This document shows, piece after piece, positions 9,759 to 19,051 of a stretch of DNA of 64,000 nt. The position numbers and the translations under genes are program-made. Numbering within the stretch: the first letter of the stretch is position 1; each line of letters starts with the position of its first letter. This stretch comes from Holophagales bacterium (GTDB lineage: Bacteria; Acidobacteriota; Thermoanaerobaculia; UBA5066), in assembly GCA_016714815.1 (NCBI GenBank), contig JADKBZ010000016.1:37659-101658 (forward strand). The letters are read 5' to 3'. The notes below the pieces were generated by a model. It was not told the DNA's origin. It was given only the letters and a program-made list of their open reading frames with translations, and searched no databases.

Positions 9759-10454
9759 ATGCTGAAGACCATTCTTTTCGCCGCCGCGGCGCTCGTTCTC
9801 GGCGTCCTCGCGATCGTCCTTCCGGACCGGCTCTTCCCGCCGGACGTGAACTACCGGACGATCAGCTCCCTGGGCGAGGCGTTTCGCGGTTTCGTCCTCG
9901 GAGGGTTCCGCTTCGCGCTGGGAGCCTTCGCGGGGCTGGCGCTCGCCGCCGCGGCGACGTCCGTCGGCGGGGCAGGGGCGAGGCGGCCGGTGGCGCTCGC
10001 GGTTTCGGCGCTCTTCGCGCTGGGGGTCGTCGGCGTGTCGGGGTTCGCCTTTCGCGGCCTCTCGCATTTCCCGTCCGGCGGGTCGCTCGAAGAACGGCAT
10101 CGCTGGGCCGATATGAGGCTCGACCGGCCCTACCGTGAGGTGGTGGCGTGGGCGGGGGCCTCCTCCGCCGTTCGGGAGGCGTGCGGCGAATCGCTCCGCT
10201 TCGGCCCGGCTTCGGGAACTCGGAACGTCGTCTTCGCCGGTTCCGGCGAGTGGACGGCGACGCTGACGCTGGACGTGGAAGGGGAGAAGGGGAGTGCGCG
10301 GCTCGCGGTCACGGCCGTCCTCCCGTACTCGCCTCGGGAGGCCCGTCCCGTGGTCTCCTCCGCCACGCTCGAGGCGGAGGGGCGCCGCCGGGGACTCGAT
10401 TCGTCCGGGGCCGCTCTCGAAGTGGCGCCTCGGGAGCGGGGTTCCTCGGAGTGA
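9759..10454 (+). CDS. membrane protein, C-terminal region resembling the Coa1-like fold
   Basis: 3 hydrophobic segments, then PYREVVAW...VREACGESLRFG...ATLTLDVEGEKGSARLAVTA; resemblance by eye only. Confidence 0.55.
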   Translation: MLKTILFAAAALVLGVLAIVLPDRLFPPDVNYRTISSLGEAFRGFVLGGFRFALGAFAGLALAAAATSVGGAGARRPVALAVSALFALGVVGVSGFAFRGLSHFPSGGSLEERHRWADMRLDRPYREVVAWAGASSAVREACGESLRFGPASGTRNVVFAGSGEWTATLTLDVEGEKGSARLAVTAVLPYSPREARPVVSSATLEAEGRRRGLDSSGAALEVAPRERGSSE

Positions 10455-10461
10455 CCGCTCG

Positions 10462-13134
10462 ATGAGGCTGGTCAGCGGAACGCGCCTCGGCCCGTACGAG
10501 GTGCTCGGGGCGCTCGGCGCCGGCGGGATGGGAGAGGTTTACCGGGCGCGGGACGGCCGCCTCGGCCGCGACGTCGCCATCAAGGTCCTCCCGGAGCATC
10601 TGGCCATGGATCCCGAGGCGCTGGCCCGCTTCGAGCGGGAGGCGCGCGCCGTCGCGGCCCTCTCCCACCCGAACATTCGCGGCATCCACGACGTGGGCCG
10701 CGAGGGGGAGGTCGTCTATGCCGTCATGGAGCTGCTCGACGGCGAGTCGCTCCGCGTGCGCCTCCAGAGGGGCCCCCTCGCTCCGCGCAAGGCGGCCGAG
10801 ATCGCGGCGGCCGTGGCCGGCGGGCTCTCGGCCGCGCACGAGAAGGGGATCGTCCACCGGGACGTGAAGGCCGAGAACGTCTTCGTGACGAAGGACGGCC
10901 GGGTGAAGGTCCTGGACTTCGGCCTCGCCCGGCATTCGTCGTCGGCGGGCGGCGACGAGGTCGCCGCTGGCGCCGACGCGACGCGCCCCGGCTTCGCGGT
11001 CGGGACTCCCTCGACGATGGCGCCGGAGCAGGTGGCGGGAGACGCCGTGGACCACCGTGCGGATCTCTTCGGGCTCGGCTGCGTTCTCTACGAGATGCTC
11101 GCGGGCATCGCGCCGTTCGAGCGGGAGTCGGCCCGCGACTCGATGCTCGCCGTCCTCAAGGACGAGCCGCCGGACGTGAGGAGCCGCAGGCCGGAGGTGC
11201 CGGTGGACCTTTCGAGGATCGTCCACCGGTGCCTCGAGAAGCCCCCCGGCGAGAGGTTCCAGTCGGCACGGGACCTGGCCTTTGCGCTGGAATCGGCCGC
11301 CGGCGCTTCGCTCCCGACCTCCGGAGAGCCGGCGCTGCGGCCCCGGAGGGGGTGGAGGCGGGCGTCCTCGTTCGTGGCGGGACTCCTGCTCGGTGGCGTG
11401 CTGGTGGGGATCGCGGCGCGAGCCTTCCTCCCGAAGCCCCGCGAGCTGCCGACGCTTCGCTGGCTGACCTACTCCGGCAGCGACGCGAGCCCCGCGGCCT
11501 CGCCGGACGGACGGACCATCGCCTTCACGTCGCGGCGCGACGGGACGAACCGCATCTGGCTCAAGCAGCTGGCGAGCGGCGACGAGGTGGCGCTCACGAC
11601 GGGTCCCGACGGCGTCCCTCGCTTCTCGCCGGACGGCAGCTCCATCCTCTTCCGGCGGGAGGAGGCCGGGGGGCCTTCGCTCTGGGTCGTCGGGACGCTC
11701 GGAGGGGAGCCGCGACGCCTGGTGGCCGACGCCCTGGAAGGGGACTTCTCCCCCGATGGCACCCGGATCGCCTTCATCCGCGGCCTCCACGGCACGACGC
11801 GATTCGTCCTCGGCGTGGCGGGAGCGGACGGAGGCGGCGAGCGGATCGTCGCCCGGTCGGAGAATCGCTTTCTCTCCTGCCCGCGCTTCTCCCCGGACGG
11901 GCGGTTCGTCGCGGCCTTCGAGCTCGTCGCGCAGTTCGTCGCCGGCTCGCCCACGACGATCGCCGTCTTCGACGCCGTTTCCGGCGCCCGGACGACGCTC
12001 GGCAACCGCGACACCGTCGCCGGGGCGCTCGGCTCCTCGCTCGCCTGGACGGGGGACGGAAAAGAGCTGATCTACGCGGTGAGCCCGTCGGCCGGTTTCC
12101 GGGCGGGCGCGCGCTTCGTCTCGCAGGCGGTCGACGGGGGGGAGGTCCGGCTCCTTCTCTCGGTGCCCGACCCCGTCATCGGCCTCGACGTGGCGGGCCC
12201 GGGGACGCTCGTCCTGCACACGGCCTCGTTCCGGGAGAACCTCCTCGAGGTGCCCGTGGGCGGCGGGCCGGGACGCTGGCTGACGCGGGGCAACAGCACC
12301 GACCGGCAGCCCGCCTACACGCCGGACGGCGAGTGGGTCGTCTTCGCGTCGGACCGGGCGGGGAGCATGGACCTCTGGTCGGTTTCGAGAGCGACGGGAG
12401 CCGTCCGGCGCCTGACGAACGACCCGGCGGACGACTGGGACCCCGCCGTGTCGAGGGACGGCCGGAGCCTTCTCTTCAGCTCGCGCCGGAGCGGCAACTT
12501 CGAGATCTGGCGGGCGGGGGCGGACGGAAGTGCGCCGCGGCAGGTCTCGCGGGACGGAGTGGACGCCCAGAATCCGACCCTCTCGCCAGACGGCGAAACG
12601 GTCGTCTACGCCTCCGGAAGCCAGCAGAAGCCGGGGCTCTGGAGCGTGAAGGGCGACGGGACGGGAGCCCGTCCCCTCACCTCCGCTCTCGGGGTCATCC
12701 CCGAGCTCTCCCCCGACGGCCGCCACGTCCTGTTTCTCGAGCAGGCGGCCTCGGGCGCGGTCCGGACGCTGAAGGTCGTCTCCGCCGGGGACGGGCGGGA
12801 AGTGCCGTTCCAGATCCGGCTCGAGCTGAAGGAGCGGACGCCCGGTTACAGCCTGGGCCGCGCCCGCTGGACGCCGGACGGGACCGCGATCGCCTTCGTG
12901 GCGCAGGACGACGCGGGCCTCCACGGCGTCTACGTCCAGGAGTTCTCGCCCGGGCGCGACACGTCCGTCACGCGGCGTCCGCTGGCCGGGTTCGTCCCGG
13001 ACCAGATCGTCGAGTCGTTCGGCTTCTCGCCCGACGGCCGCTCCCTGACGGTCGCCGTTCGCGAGCAGCAGTCGAGCCTGCTGCTGGCCGAGGGCGTCGC
13101 CGGAGTATCCCCGCCTCCCCGGCGCGCGCGCTGA
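10462..13134 (+). CDS. Ser/Thr protein kinase with TM helix and TolB-like PD40 beta-propeller
   Basis: LGAGGMGEVY, VAIKVL, HRDVKAEN, DFGLA, many SPDG repeats. Confidence 0.93.
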   Translation: MRLVSGTRLGPYEVLGALGAGGMGEVYRARDGRLGRDVAIKVLPEHLAMDPEALARFEREARAVAALSHPNIRGIHDVGREGEVVYAVMELLDGESLRVRLQRGPLAPRKAAEIAAAVAGGLSAAHEKGIVHRDVKAENVFVTKDGRVKVLDFGLARHSSSAGGDEVAAGADATRPGFAVGTPSTMAPEQVAGDAVDHRADLFGLGCVLYEMLAGIAPFERESARDSMLAVLKDEPPDVRSRRPEVPVDLSRIVHRCLEKPPGERFQSARDLAFALESAAGASLPTSGEPALRPRRGWRRASSFVAGLLLGGVLVGIAARAFLPKPRELPTLRWLTYSGSDASPAASPDGRTIAFTSRRDGTNRIWLKQLASGDEVALTTGPDGVPRFSPDGSSILFRREEAGGPSLWVVGTLGGEPRRLVADALEGDFSPDGTRIAFIRGLHGTTRFVLGVAGADGGGERIVARSENRFLSCPRFSPDGRFVAAFELVAQFVAGSPTTIAVFDAVSGARTTLGNRDTVAGALGSSLAWTGDGKELIYAVSPSAGFRAGARFVSQAVDGGEVRLLLSVPDPVIGLDVAGPGTLVLHTASFRENLLEVPVGGGPGRWLTRGNSTDRQPAYTPDGEWVVFASDRAGSMDLWSVSRATGAVRRLTNDPADDWDPAVSRDGRSLLFSSRRSGNFEIWRAGADGSAPRQVSRDGVDAQNPTLSPDGETVVYASGSQQKPGLWSVKGDGTGARPLTSALGVIPELSPDGRHVLFLEQAASGAVRTLKVVSAGDGREVPFQIRLELKERTPGYSLGRARWTPDGTAIAFVAQDDAGLHGVYVQEFSPGRDTSVTRRPLAGFVPDQIVESFGFSPDGRSLTVAVREQQSSLLLAEGVAGVSPPPRRAR

Positions 13135-13170
13135 TCCTCTGCCCGGCGGCATCGCGGCGCCGCGCCCGGC

Positions 13171-13185
13171 TTCACACAACTTCAC
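13171..13185. promoter_or_regulatory. CpxR/OmpR-type tandem box TTCAC-N5-TTCAC
   Basis: ttcac-acaac-ttcac (GTGAA-N5-GTGAA on the minus strand; CpxR consensus GTAAA-N5-GTAAA) ~85 bp upstream of the Spy/CpxP gene. Confidence 0.55.
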
Positions 13186-13269
13186 CTTCCGGAAGAACGC
13201 CCGAAACCTCGGACGTCCATCTTTCCTTTCGACGGCAGGGACGACCTCTTCCGTCCGAAGGAGAAAGAG

Positions 13270-13809
13270 ATGAACGAAACCGCAACCCCCGCTTCTTCCC
13301 CGAACGCAGGCCGGCCGAAGTGCCGCCGTGGTCCCGGCAAGAGGGCCTTCTTCGGAGTCTTCGCCGTCGGCGTCGCCGCCGTCCTGACGGTCGGGGCCTT
13401 CCAGGCGCTCGGCCACGGGCCGTTCCGCCGCGGCCTCTGCGGGTCGATGGACCCGGCGCAGGTCGACAAGAAGATCGACCGGATCGCCGGCTGGATCGTC
13501 GAGGACCTCGGCGGAACGGCCGAGCAGCAGGCCAGGCTCGCCGCCATCGCCAAGGGGGCGGCGAAGGACCTCGCTCCGGTGCACGTCGAGCTCCTCGCCG
13601 GCCGCCGGCAGGCCGTGGAGATCCTGACGGCCGCAGAGATCGACCGGGCGGCCCTCGAGGCGCACCGGGCCCGGCAGGTGCAGCTCCTCACCACGGTCTC
13701 CGAGCGGCTGACGCTGGCCGTGGCCGACGCGGCGGAGGTCCTCACTCCCGAGCAGCGGGTGAAGGCCGCCGACAAGCTCGCGAGCCGCATGGCGAGGTTC
13801 GGGCACTGA
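13270..13809 (+). CDS. Spy/CpxP-family periplasmic protein
   Basis: N-terminal signal/TM segment, LGGTAEQQARL and terminal VLTPEQR (LTxxQ) motifs. Confidence 0.85.
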   Translation: MNETATPASSPNAGRPKCRRGPGKRAFFGVFAVGVAAVLTVGAFQALGHGPFRRGLCGSMDPAQVDKKIDRIAGWIVEDLGGTAEQQARLAAIAKGAAKDLAPVHVELLAGRRQAVEILTAAEIDRAALEAHRARQVQLLTTVSERLTLAVADAAEVLTPEQRVKAADKLASRMARFGH

Positions 13810-13837
13810 CCCGGCGGCCGTCCCTTCCGCGCCCGGA

Positions 13838-14554
13838 ATGTCCGATGATGTGACGATGGCGACCCGGATCCTGATGATCGAGGACGACGCGAGGCTCGCC
13901 TCGATGGTCACCGAAGACCTGGGCCGTAACGGGCTCGACGTCTCGGTGGCGGGGATGGCCTCGGAAGGGCTCGCGCGGCTGGCGCGCGAGCCCTTCGACC
14001 TCGTCCTCCTCGACCTGATGCTCCCCGACGCCGACGGTCTCGACGTCTGCCGGCGCATCCGGGCCTCGGGCGGGGCGGTGCCGGTCATCATGCTGACCGC
14101 CAAGGGCGATCCGACCGACCGCGTCGTCGGACTCGAGCTCGGAGCCGACGACTACCTCGCAAAGCCGTTCGACCCGCGCGAGCTCCTCGCCCGGATCCGG
14201 GCGGTGCTCCGGCGGCCGTCCACGGTCGCCGGGGCCGCGCCGCGGGTCCTCCGGTTCGGCCGCCTCGAGGTGGACGCCGGCGCGCGCGTGGCGCGCGTCG
14301 ACGGCGTCGAGAGGCCGGTAACGGCGCATCAGTTCAACATCCTCCTCGCGATGGCCGAGCGGGCGGGGCGCGTCCTCTCTCGCGAGCAGCTGATGGAGGC
14401 CGTGAAGGGCGAGTCCCTCGAGGCCTTCGACCGGTCGATCGACGTCCACGTCGCGCGCCTGCGCGCGGCGATCGAGGACGACCCGAAGAGCCCGCGGCGC
14501 ATCCTCACCGTCCGCGGCGCGGGCTACGTCTTCGCGCGGAGCCAGGACGCGTGA
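13838..14554 (+). CDS. OmpR-family response regulator (start may be 13856)
   Basis: ILMIEDD, LDLMLP, MLTAKGD, GADDYLAKPF, RSIDVHVARLR, TVRGAGY. Confidence 0.95.
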   Translation: MSDDVTMATRILMIEDDARLASMVTEDLGRNGLDVSVAGMASEGLARLAREPFDLVLLDLMLPDADGLDVCRRIRASGGAVPVIMLTAKGDPTDRVVGLELGADDYLAKPFDPRELLARIRAVLRRPSTVAGAAPRVLRFGRLEVDAGARVARVDGVERPVTAHQFNILLAMAERAGRVLSREQLMEAVKGESLEAFDRSIDVHVARLRAAIEDDPKSPRRILTVRGAGYVFARSQDA

Positions 14555-15813
14555 GGCGGGAGCGCCGGCACCCCGGGCTGAGGCTGCACGCGAGGATCTA
14601 CCTCGCCGTCCTGGCGAGCGTCGGGATGGTGGCCCTCCTCAGCGGCCTCGCGTGGCACCTCAAGTTCGGACGGGAGCCGATCGAGAGCGGCCTCGAGCTC
14701 TCCGCCGAGGTCGCGAGCGAGCTTCTGGCGCCCGCGAACGCGCCCCAGGCCGAGCAGGAGGAGGTCCTGGCGCGCTGGGGAAAGCGGACCCTCGCCCGGC
14801 TCACCCTCTACTCGCGGTCGCGCCAGAGGGTCGCCGCGTTCGGCGCGCCGCTCCCGGCGCCGCCGCCGGAGCAGACGGAGAGCGGGACGTTTCACGTCGG
14901 CCGTGGCGCCCCCGGCTTCCGCCTCCGCCTCCCCGACGGCCGCTGGCTCGTGGCGGTGCGGACGTTCCGTCGCGGTCCCCCCTTCGGCTTCCTCACGGTT
15001 CTCGTCTTCACGGCCGTCGCGGTCGCCGTCGCGGCCTGGCCGATCTCGCGCCGGATCACGCGGCGGCTCGAACGGCTGAAGGAGGGCGTCGAGGCGCTCG
15101 GCGCCGGGGACCTCGCCTCCCGGGTCCGCGTGGAGGGGAGGGACGAGGTCGCGCTCCTGGCCTCGAGCTTCAACCGGGCCGCGGGGAGGATCGAGGACCT
15201 CGTTGGTGCGCAGCGCCGGCTGCTCGCAAACGCCTCGCACGAGCTCCGGAGCCCCCTCGGGCGGCTGCGCGTGGCGGCGGGCCTCCTGCAGGGCGACCCG
15301 CACCTGAAGGAGGAGATTTCGCGCGACGTCTCCGAGCTGGACGACCTCGTGGAGGAGATCCTCCTCTCGAGCCGGCTGGAGGCCGGAGCCGCCGACGAGC
15401 CGCTCGAGGAGGTCGACCTGACGGCCCTCGCCGCCGAGGAGTGCGCACGGGCGGGCGCTTCGCTCTCGGGCGTCGTCGTCACCGTGAAGGGAAGCCCGAG
15501 GCTCCTCCGGCGACTCCTCCGCAACCTCCTCGAGAACGCCCGCAGCCATGGCGGCGCCGGGCCGATCGAAGTGGAAGTGCGTCCCGGATCGGGTGGCGGC
15601 GGCGAGGTCGACGTCCGGGATCGCGGCCCCGGCGTTCCCGACGACCTGAAAGAGCGGATCTTCGAGCCCTTTTTTCGCCTTCCCGGGGCGCCGAACGGCG
15701 GAGCGGGCCTCGGGCTCGCGATCACCCGTCAGATCGCCCGCCGGCACGGCGGCCTCGTCGTCTGCCTCCCGCGCGAGGGCGGAGGGACGCTCTTCCGCGC
15801 GACACTGGGTTGA
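14551..15813 (+). CDS. HAMP-domain sensor histidine kinase
   Basis: 2 TM, HAMP, ASHELRSP, NLLENA, DRGPGV, IFEPFFR, GLGLAI. Confidence 0.93.
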   Translation: MRRERRHPGLRLHARIYLAVLASVGMVALLSGLAWHLKFGREPIESGLELSAEVASELLAPANAPQAEQEEVLARWGKRTLARLTLYSRSRQRVAAFGAPLPAPPPEQTESGTFHVGRGAPGFRLRLPDGRWLVAVRTFRRGPPFGFLTVLVFTAVAVAVAAWPISRRITRRLERLKEGVEALGAGDLASRVRVEGRDEVALLASSFNRAAGRIEDLVGAQRRLLANASHELRSPLGRLRVAAGLLQGDPHLKEEISRDVSELDDLVEEILLSSRLEAGAADEPLEEVDLTALAAEECARAGASLSGVVVTVKGSPRLLRRLLRNLLENARSHGGAGPIEVEVRPGSGGGGEVDVRDRGPGVPDDLKERIFEPFFRLPGAPNGGAGLGLAITRQIARRHGGLVVCLPREGGGTLFRATLG

Positions 15814-15833
15814 ACGTCGAGGGACAACGAGAG

Positions 15834-15895
15834 GGGGTCAGGTCTACCTTCTACACTCTGCGCCAGCGCAGAGTGTAGAAGGTAGACCTGACCCC
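15834..15895. repeat. REP-like perfect palindrome, copy 2 (30-bp arms)
   Basis: ggggtcaggtctaccttctacactctgcgc-ca-gcgcagagtgtagaaggtagacctgacccc, between convergent genes. Confidence 0.9.
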
Positions 15896-15914
15896 GAGCC
15901 CGGGCCCGTTCGGG

Positions 15915-17615
15915 CTACTCGTTCATCCGGTAGGTGTCGCGGAGGGCGAAGACCTCGTCCTTCCAGACTCGCGCGAAACGGGCCGCGTCGAAGACGGGCC
16001 TCTTCACGAGGCGAAGGGCCATCGCCGCCTGCTTCTCCGTCGCGCCCGACCTCTCGTGGAGCTTCAGGGCGTACGTCGAGAAATCGCGGACGAAGACGTC
16101 GAAGAGCTGGTCGAGGGCGTCATCCGAGAGACCGTGGTGTTCCGCTCCTTCGAGGACGAGGTGGGCGTAGACGGCGAGGGCGAAGAGGTCGCCCACGGCG
16201 AGAAGGAGGTCGACGTCCTTCGCCTGGTCCTCGGTCGGCGCAGCCGCCGCGACGAGCTCGCGGAAGGCGCCGAGCTGCTCGCGGAAGAGGGAGACGTTCG
16301 GGACGCGGGCGTACTTCTCGAAGGCCGGAGCCCAGTCGTGGAAGCGGATCTTCCCGAGGCCGCTCGCGGGCCCCTGGGCGAAGAGGAAGGCGTCGTGCGC
16401 CGGTTCCGTGTGCCGCCCCACCTCGGGGTACGACGTCGGCCGGAAGAGCCAGTTCGCGAGGAACTTGACGATGAGCGCGATGTTGACGTGGACCGTCCCC
16501 TCGAGCTTCGGCAGGGCGCGGATGTCGCGCGCGGCCATCTCGAAGACCATGTCCTTCTCGAAGCCCTTCGCGGCGATGACGTCCCAGAGGAGGTCGACGA
16601 CCTTCTCGCCTTCCGTCGTCACCTTCATCTTCACGAGCGGGTTGTAGAGGAGGTAGCGCCGGTCCTCCAGCGAAGCCGTGCGCAGGTAGTCCGAGGCGCG
16701 GAAGGCGAAGACCTTCATCGCGACGAGCCGGGCCCAGGCGTCGACGAACATTCGCGCAACGTGCGGGAAGTCGGTGACGGCCATCCCGTAGAGGCGGCGG
16801 GCGGCCGCGTGGTTGATCGCCTCGTGGAACGCGTGCGTGCAGATGCCGATCGAGGCCCAGCCGAGGTTGTACTTGCCGACGTTGACGGTGTTCAGCGCGG
16901 CGTTCCACGCCTCCTTCCCGCTGATCAGCACCTCGCCGGCCGCGACGGGGTAGTCCGCCAGCTCGAACTCGGCGACGTACGACTGGCTCGCGACGACGTT
17001 CTTCACGAGGCGGTAGCCGGGGCGTTTCGGGTCGGCGGCGAAGAAGACGTAGTCGTTCGTCCCGGCCATCTTCCCGAAAACGGAGACGATCGCGGCCTCG
17101 TTTCCGTTGCCGATGTAGTACTTCGAGCCGTTCGCCACGAACGACCCGTCGTCCTTCGGGGTGAGCGTCATCGAGGAGGAGTAGATGTCGGCCCCGTGCT
17201 CCTTCTCCGAGAGGCCGAAGGCGAAGATGCCGCCGTCCGCGATCGCCGCGGCGGTCTTCGCCTTCATCTCCCCGTTCGGGCTCATCCAGAGCGGTCCGAG
17301 GCCGAGGATCGAGACCTGCCACGTGTACCAGTAGCAGAGGCCGTAGAAGCCGAGGACCTCGTTGAGGTAGCAGTTGCGGAACGTGTCCCAGCGGGCGTCG
17401 GGGCCTCCGAGCTCCGGCGGGGTGAGGAGATCGGCGAAGACCTTCTCCCGCTTCACGAAGTCGAGGAAGTCGGTGTACCAGACCCGGTCGAGGTCGTCCT
17501 GGCGGAGCTGCCTCTTTCCCTTCGTCTCGAAGAACTCGATCGTCTTCGTCACGATCTCGCGCGAACGGGCGTCGAGGGGGAGCTCACCGAGTTGCTTTGG
17601 GTTCAGCAGGAGCAT
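15915..17615 (-). CDS. acyl-CoA dehydrogenase
   Basis: FAFGLSEKEHGAD, ANGSKYYIGNG, ALNTVNVGK, KLEGTVHVN; GGAGG Shine-Dalgarno. Confidence 0.92.
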   Translation of the reverse strand: MLLLNPKQLGELPLDARSREIVTKTIEFFETKGKRQLRQDDLDRVWYTDFLDFVKREKVFADLLTPPELGGPDARWDTFRNCYLNEVLGFYGLCYWYTWQVSILGLGPLWMSPNGEMKAKTAAAIADGGIFAFGLSEKEHGADIYSSSMTLTPKDDGSFVANGSKYYIGNGNEAAIVSVFGKMAGTNDYVFFAADPKRPGYRLVKNVVASQSYVAEFELADYPVAAGEVLISGKEAWNAALNTVNVGKYNLGWASIGICTHAFHEAINHAAARRLYGMAVTDFPHVARMFVDAWARLVAMKVFAFRASDYLRTASLEDRRYLLYNPLVKMKVTTEGEKVVDLLWDVIAAKGFEKDMVFEMAARDIRALPKLEGTVHVNIALIVKFLANWLFRPTSYPEVGRHTEPAHDAFLFAQGPASGLGKIRFHDWAPAFEKYARVPNVSLFREQLGAFRELVAAAAPTEDQAKDVDLLLAVGDLFALAVYAHLVLEGAEHHGLSDDALDQLFDVFVRDFSTYALKLHERSGATEKQAAMALRLVKRPVFDAARFARVWKDEVFALRDTYRMNE

Positions 17616-17692
17616 GGCGTCCTCCGGTCTTCCAGATTACCCTCTCGCGCCCTCCGGCGGATGCCCGGAGGCACCCGGGAACGGAGGAATCG

Positions 17693-18109
17693 ATGCCCTA
17701 TCCCCCCGAGATCGTCCAGCCCGCCCGCGAAGAGCTGACCCGTGCCGGCTTCACGCCTCTCCTCACCGCCGGGGAGGTGGAGGCCGAGCTGGCGAAGGAC
17801 GGAACGCTCCTCGTCGTCGTCAACTCCGTCTGCGGCTGCGCCGCCGGCTCGGCGAGGCCGGGAGCCGTGAAGGCCGTCGCCGGTCCCGGCCCGAGGCCCC
17901 GGCGCCTCGCCTCGGTCTTCGCCGGCGAGGACGTCGACGCCGTGAACCGCGTTCGCCGGCAGCTCGAAGGCTTCCCGCCTTCGTCCCCGTCGATCGCCCT
18001 CTTCGTCGACGGGGACCCCGTCTTCCTCATGGAGCGCCGGCACATCGAGGGCCTCGGCCCCGACGACGTGGCGACCGCCCTCGCGAGCGCCTTCGCCACC
18101 CACTGCTGA
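17693..18109 (+). CDS. BrxA/BrxB (YphP/YqiW) family bacilliredoxin
   Basis: MPYP...REELT, VVVNSVCGCAAGSARP, VFAGED, PPSSPSIALF, ERRHIEG. Confidence 0.92.
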   Translation: MPYPPEIVQPAREELTRAGFTPLLTAGEVEAELAKDGTLLVVVNSVCGCAAGSARPGAVKAVAGPGPRPRRLASVFAGEDVDAVNRVRRQLEGFPPSSPSIALFVDGDPVFLMERRHIEGLGPDDVATALASAFATHC

Positions 18110-18151
18110 GAGCCCGGGGCGCCGGCCGGAGTCCGCGACCTCCCGGAAGGG

Positions 18152-18499
18152 CTATTCCTGCTTCTTCGTCCCCAGGATGACGAGGACGATCAGGAGGAGG
18201 AGGACGATCAGGCCGATGACGATCGTGGTCGTCTGGGAAGTGCCCGCGGGGACTTCCTGGGACGGCGCCGGAGCCGCGGCGTGGGCGGGGGTGGCCTCGG
18301 GGGCCGCGGCCGGTGCCGCCGCCTCGGTCGAGGCGGGGGCCGGGGCTTCCGTCGTCGCCGGGGGGGCCTCGGAGACGGTGGCCGGAGCGGCGGCCGTCGT
18401 GGCCGGGGCCCCAGCGGCACCGGGGGTCTGGGCGAGAACGGACGGAGCCGCGAGGAGGAGCAGGGCGGCCAGGGTCGCGGCGAGGGGGCGCAGGGTCAT
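18152..18499 (-). CDS. small protein: signal peptide, Ala/Pro/Thr-rich linker, C-terminal TM anchor
   Basis: 115-aa ORF with GGAG Shine-Dalgarno; ends in a hydrophobic helix plus KKQE. Confidence 0.7.
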   Translation of the reverse strand: MTLRPLAATLAALLLLAAPSVLAQTPGAAGAPATTAAAPATVSEAPPATTEAPAPASTEAAAPAAAPEATPAHAAAPAPSQEVPAGTSQTTTIVIGLIVLLLLIVLVILGTKKQE

Positions 18500-18558
18500 C
18501 GAGTCTCCTTTCCTTCCAGCGGGTGAACGCTAGCAGGAGGACGGGAAATCGGGAAGCG

Positions 18559-18909
18559 TCACGCCTCGGCGCACTTGGCGCCGAGCAGCCGGATCTCGCC
18601 GGCCAGCGACTCCGCTTCCGCGAGGAGGGCGTCGGCCTCGGGCCCCGGGACGAAACTCCGAAGCTCCGGTCCGCCGAGGAGCAGCCTCAGCTCGGCGACG
18701 CGCGCGGCGGCGTCGGAGAGTCTCTCCCGGCAGTCTCCCGCGTCCGTCTCCAGGAAGGCGTCGGCGACGAGCGAAGGGACGGCCAGGGCAGCGCGCCGGA
18801 GGCGCTGCCCCGAGTCGCCTGGAAGGTCGCCCGCCCCTTCGAGCGCGGCGCAGACCTCGTGGGCGAGGCCGAGGGCCTTCCGCCAGGCGGGAGTCTCGCG
18901 CACATCCAT
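18559..18909 (-). CDS. four-helix-bundle protein (23S rRNA IVP-like family)
   Basis: AWRKALGLAHEV...QRLRRAALAVPSLVADA pattern; 116 aa. Confidence 0.7.
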   Translation of the reverse strand: MDVRETPAWRKALGLAHEVCAALEGAGDLPGDSGQRLRRAALAVPSLVADAFLETDAGDCRERLSDAAARVAELRLLLGGPELRSFVPGPEADALLAEAESLAGEIRLLGAKCAEA

Positions 18910-19051
18910 CGTCTGAAGCATATACGGACGAAGGAGCGCTGGCGTTCCGCCGCGAGTTCCTCTTTTCGCCTCCCCGGCCCCCTGATACCCTCCCCTGTCG
19001 GACCGGATTGGACCCGGCGGGGGCCGGAATCTTCGAGAGCAGGGGGAGATC

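Noticed and set aside
9656-15895. The palindromes as CRISPR repeats or IS ends
   Set aside because: Only two copies 6 kb apart with ordinary genes between; no spacers, cas genes or transposase, and no target-site duplication evident.
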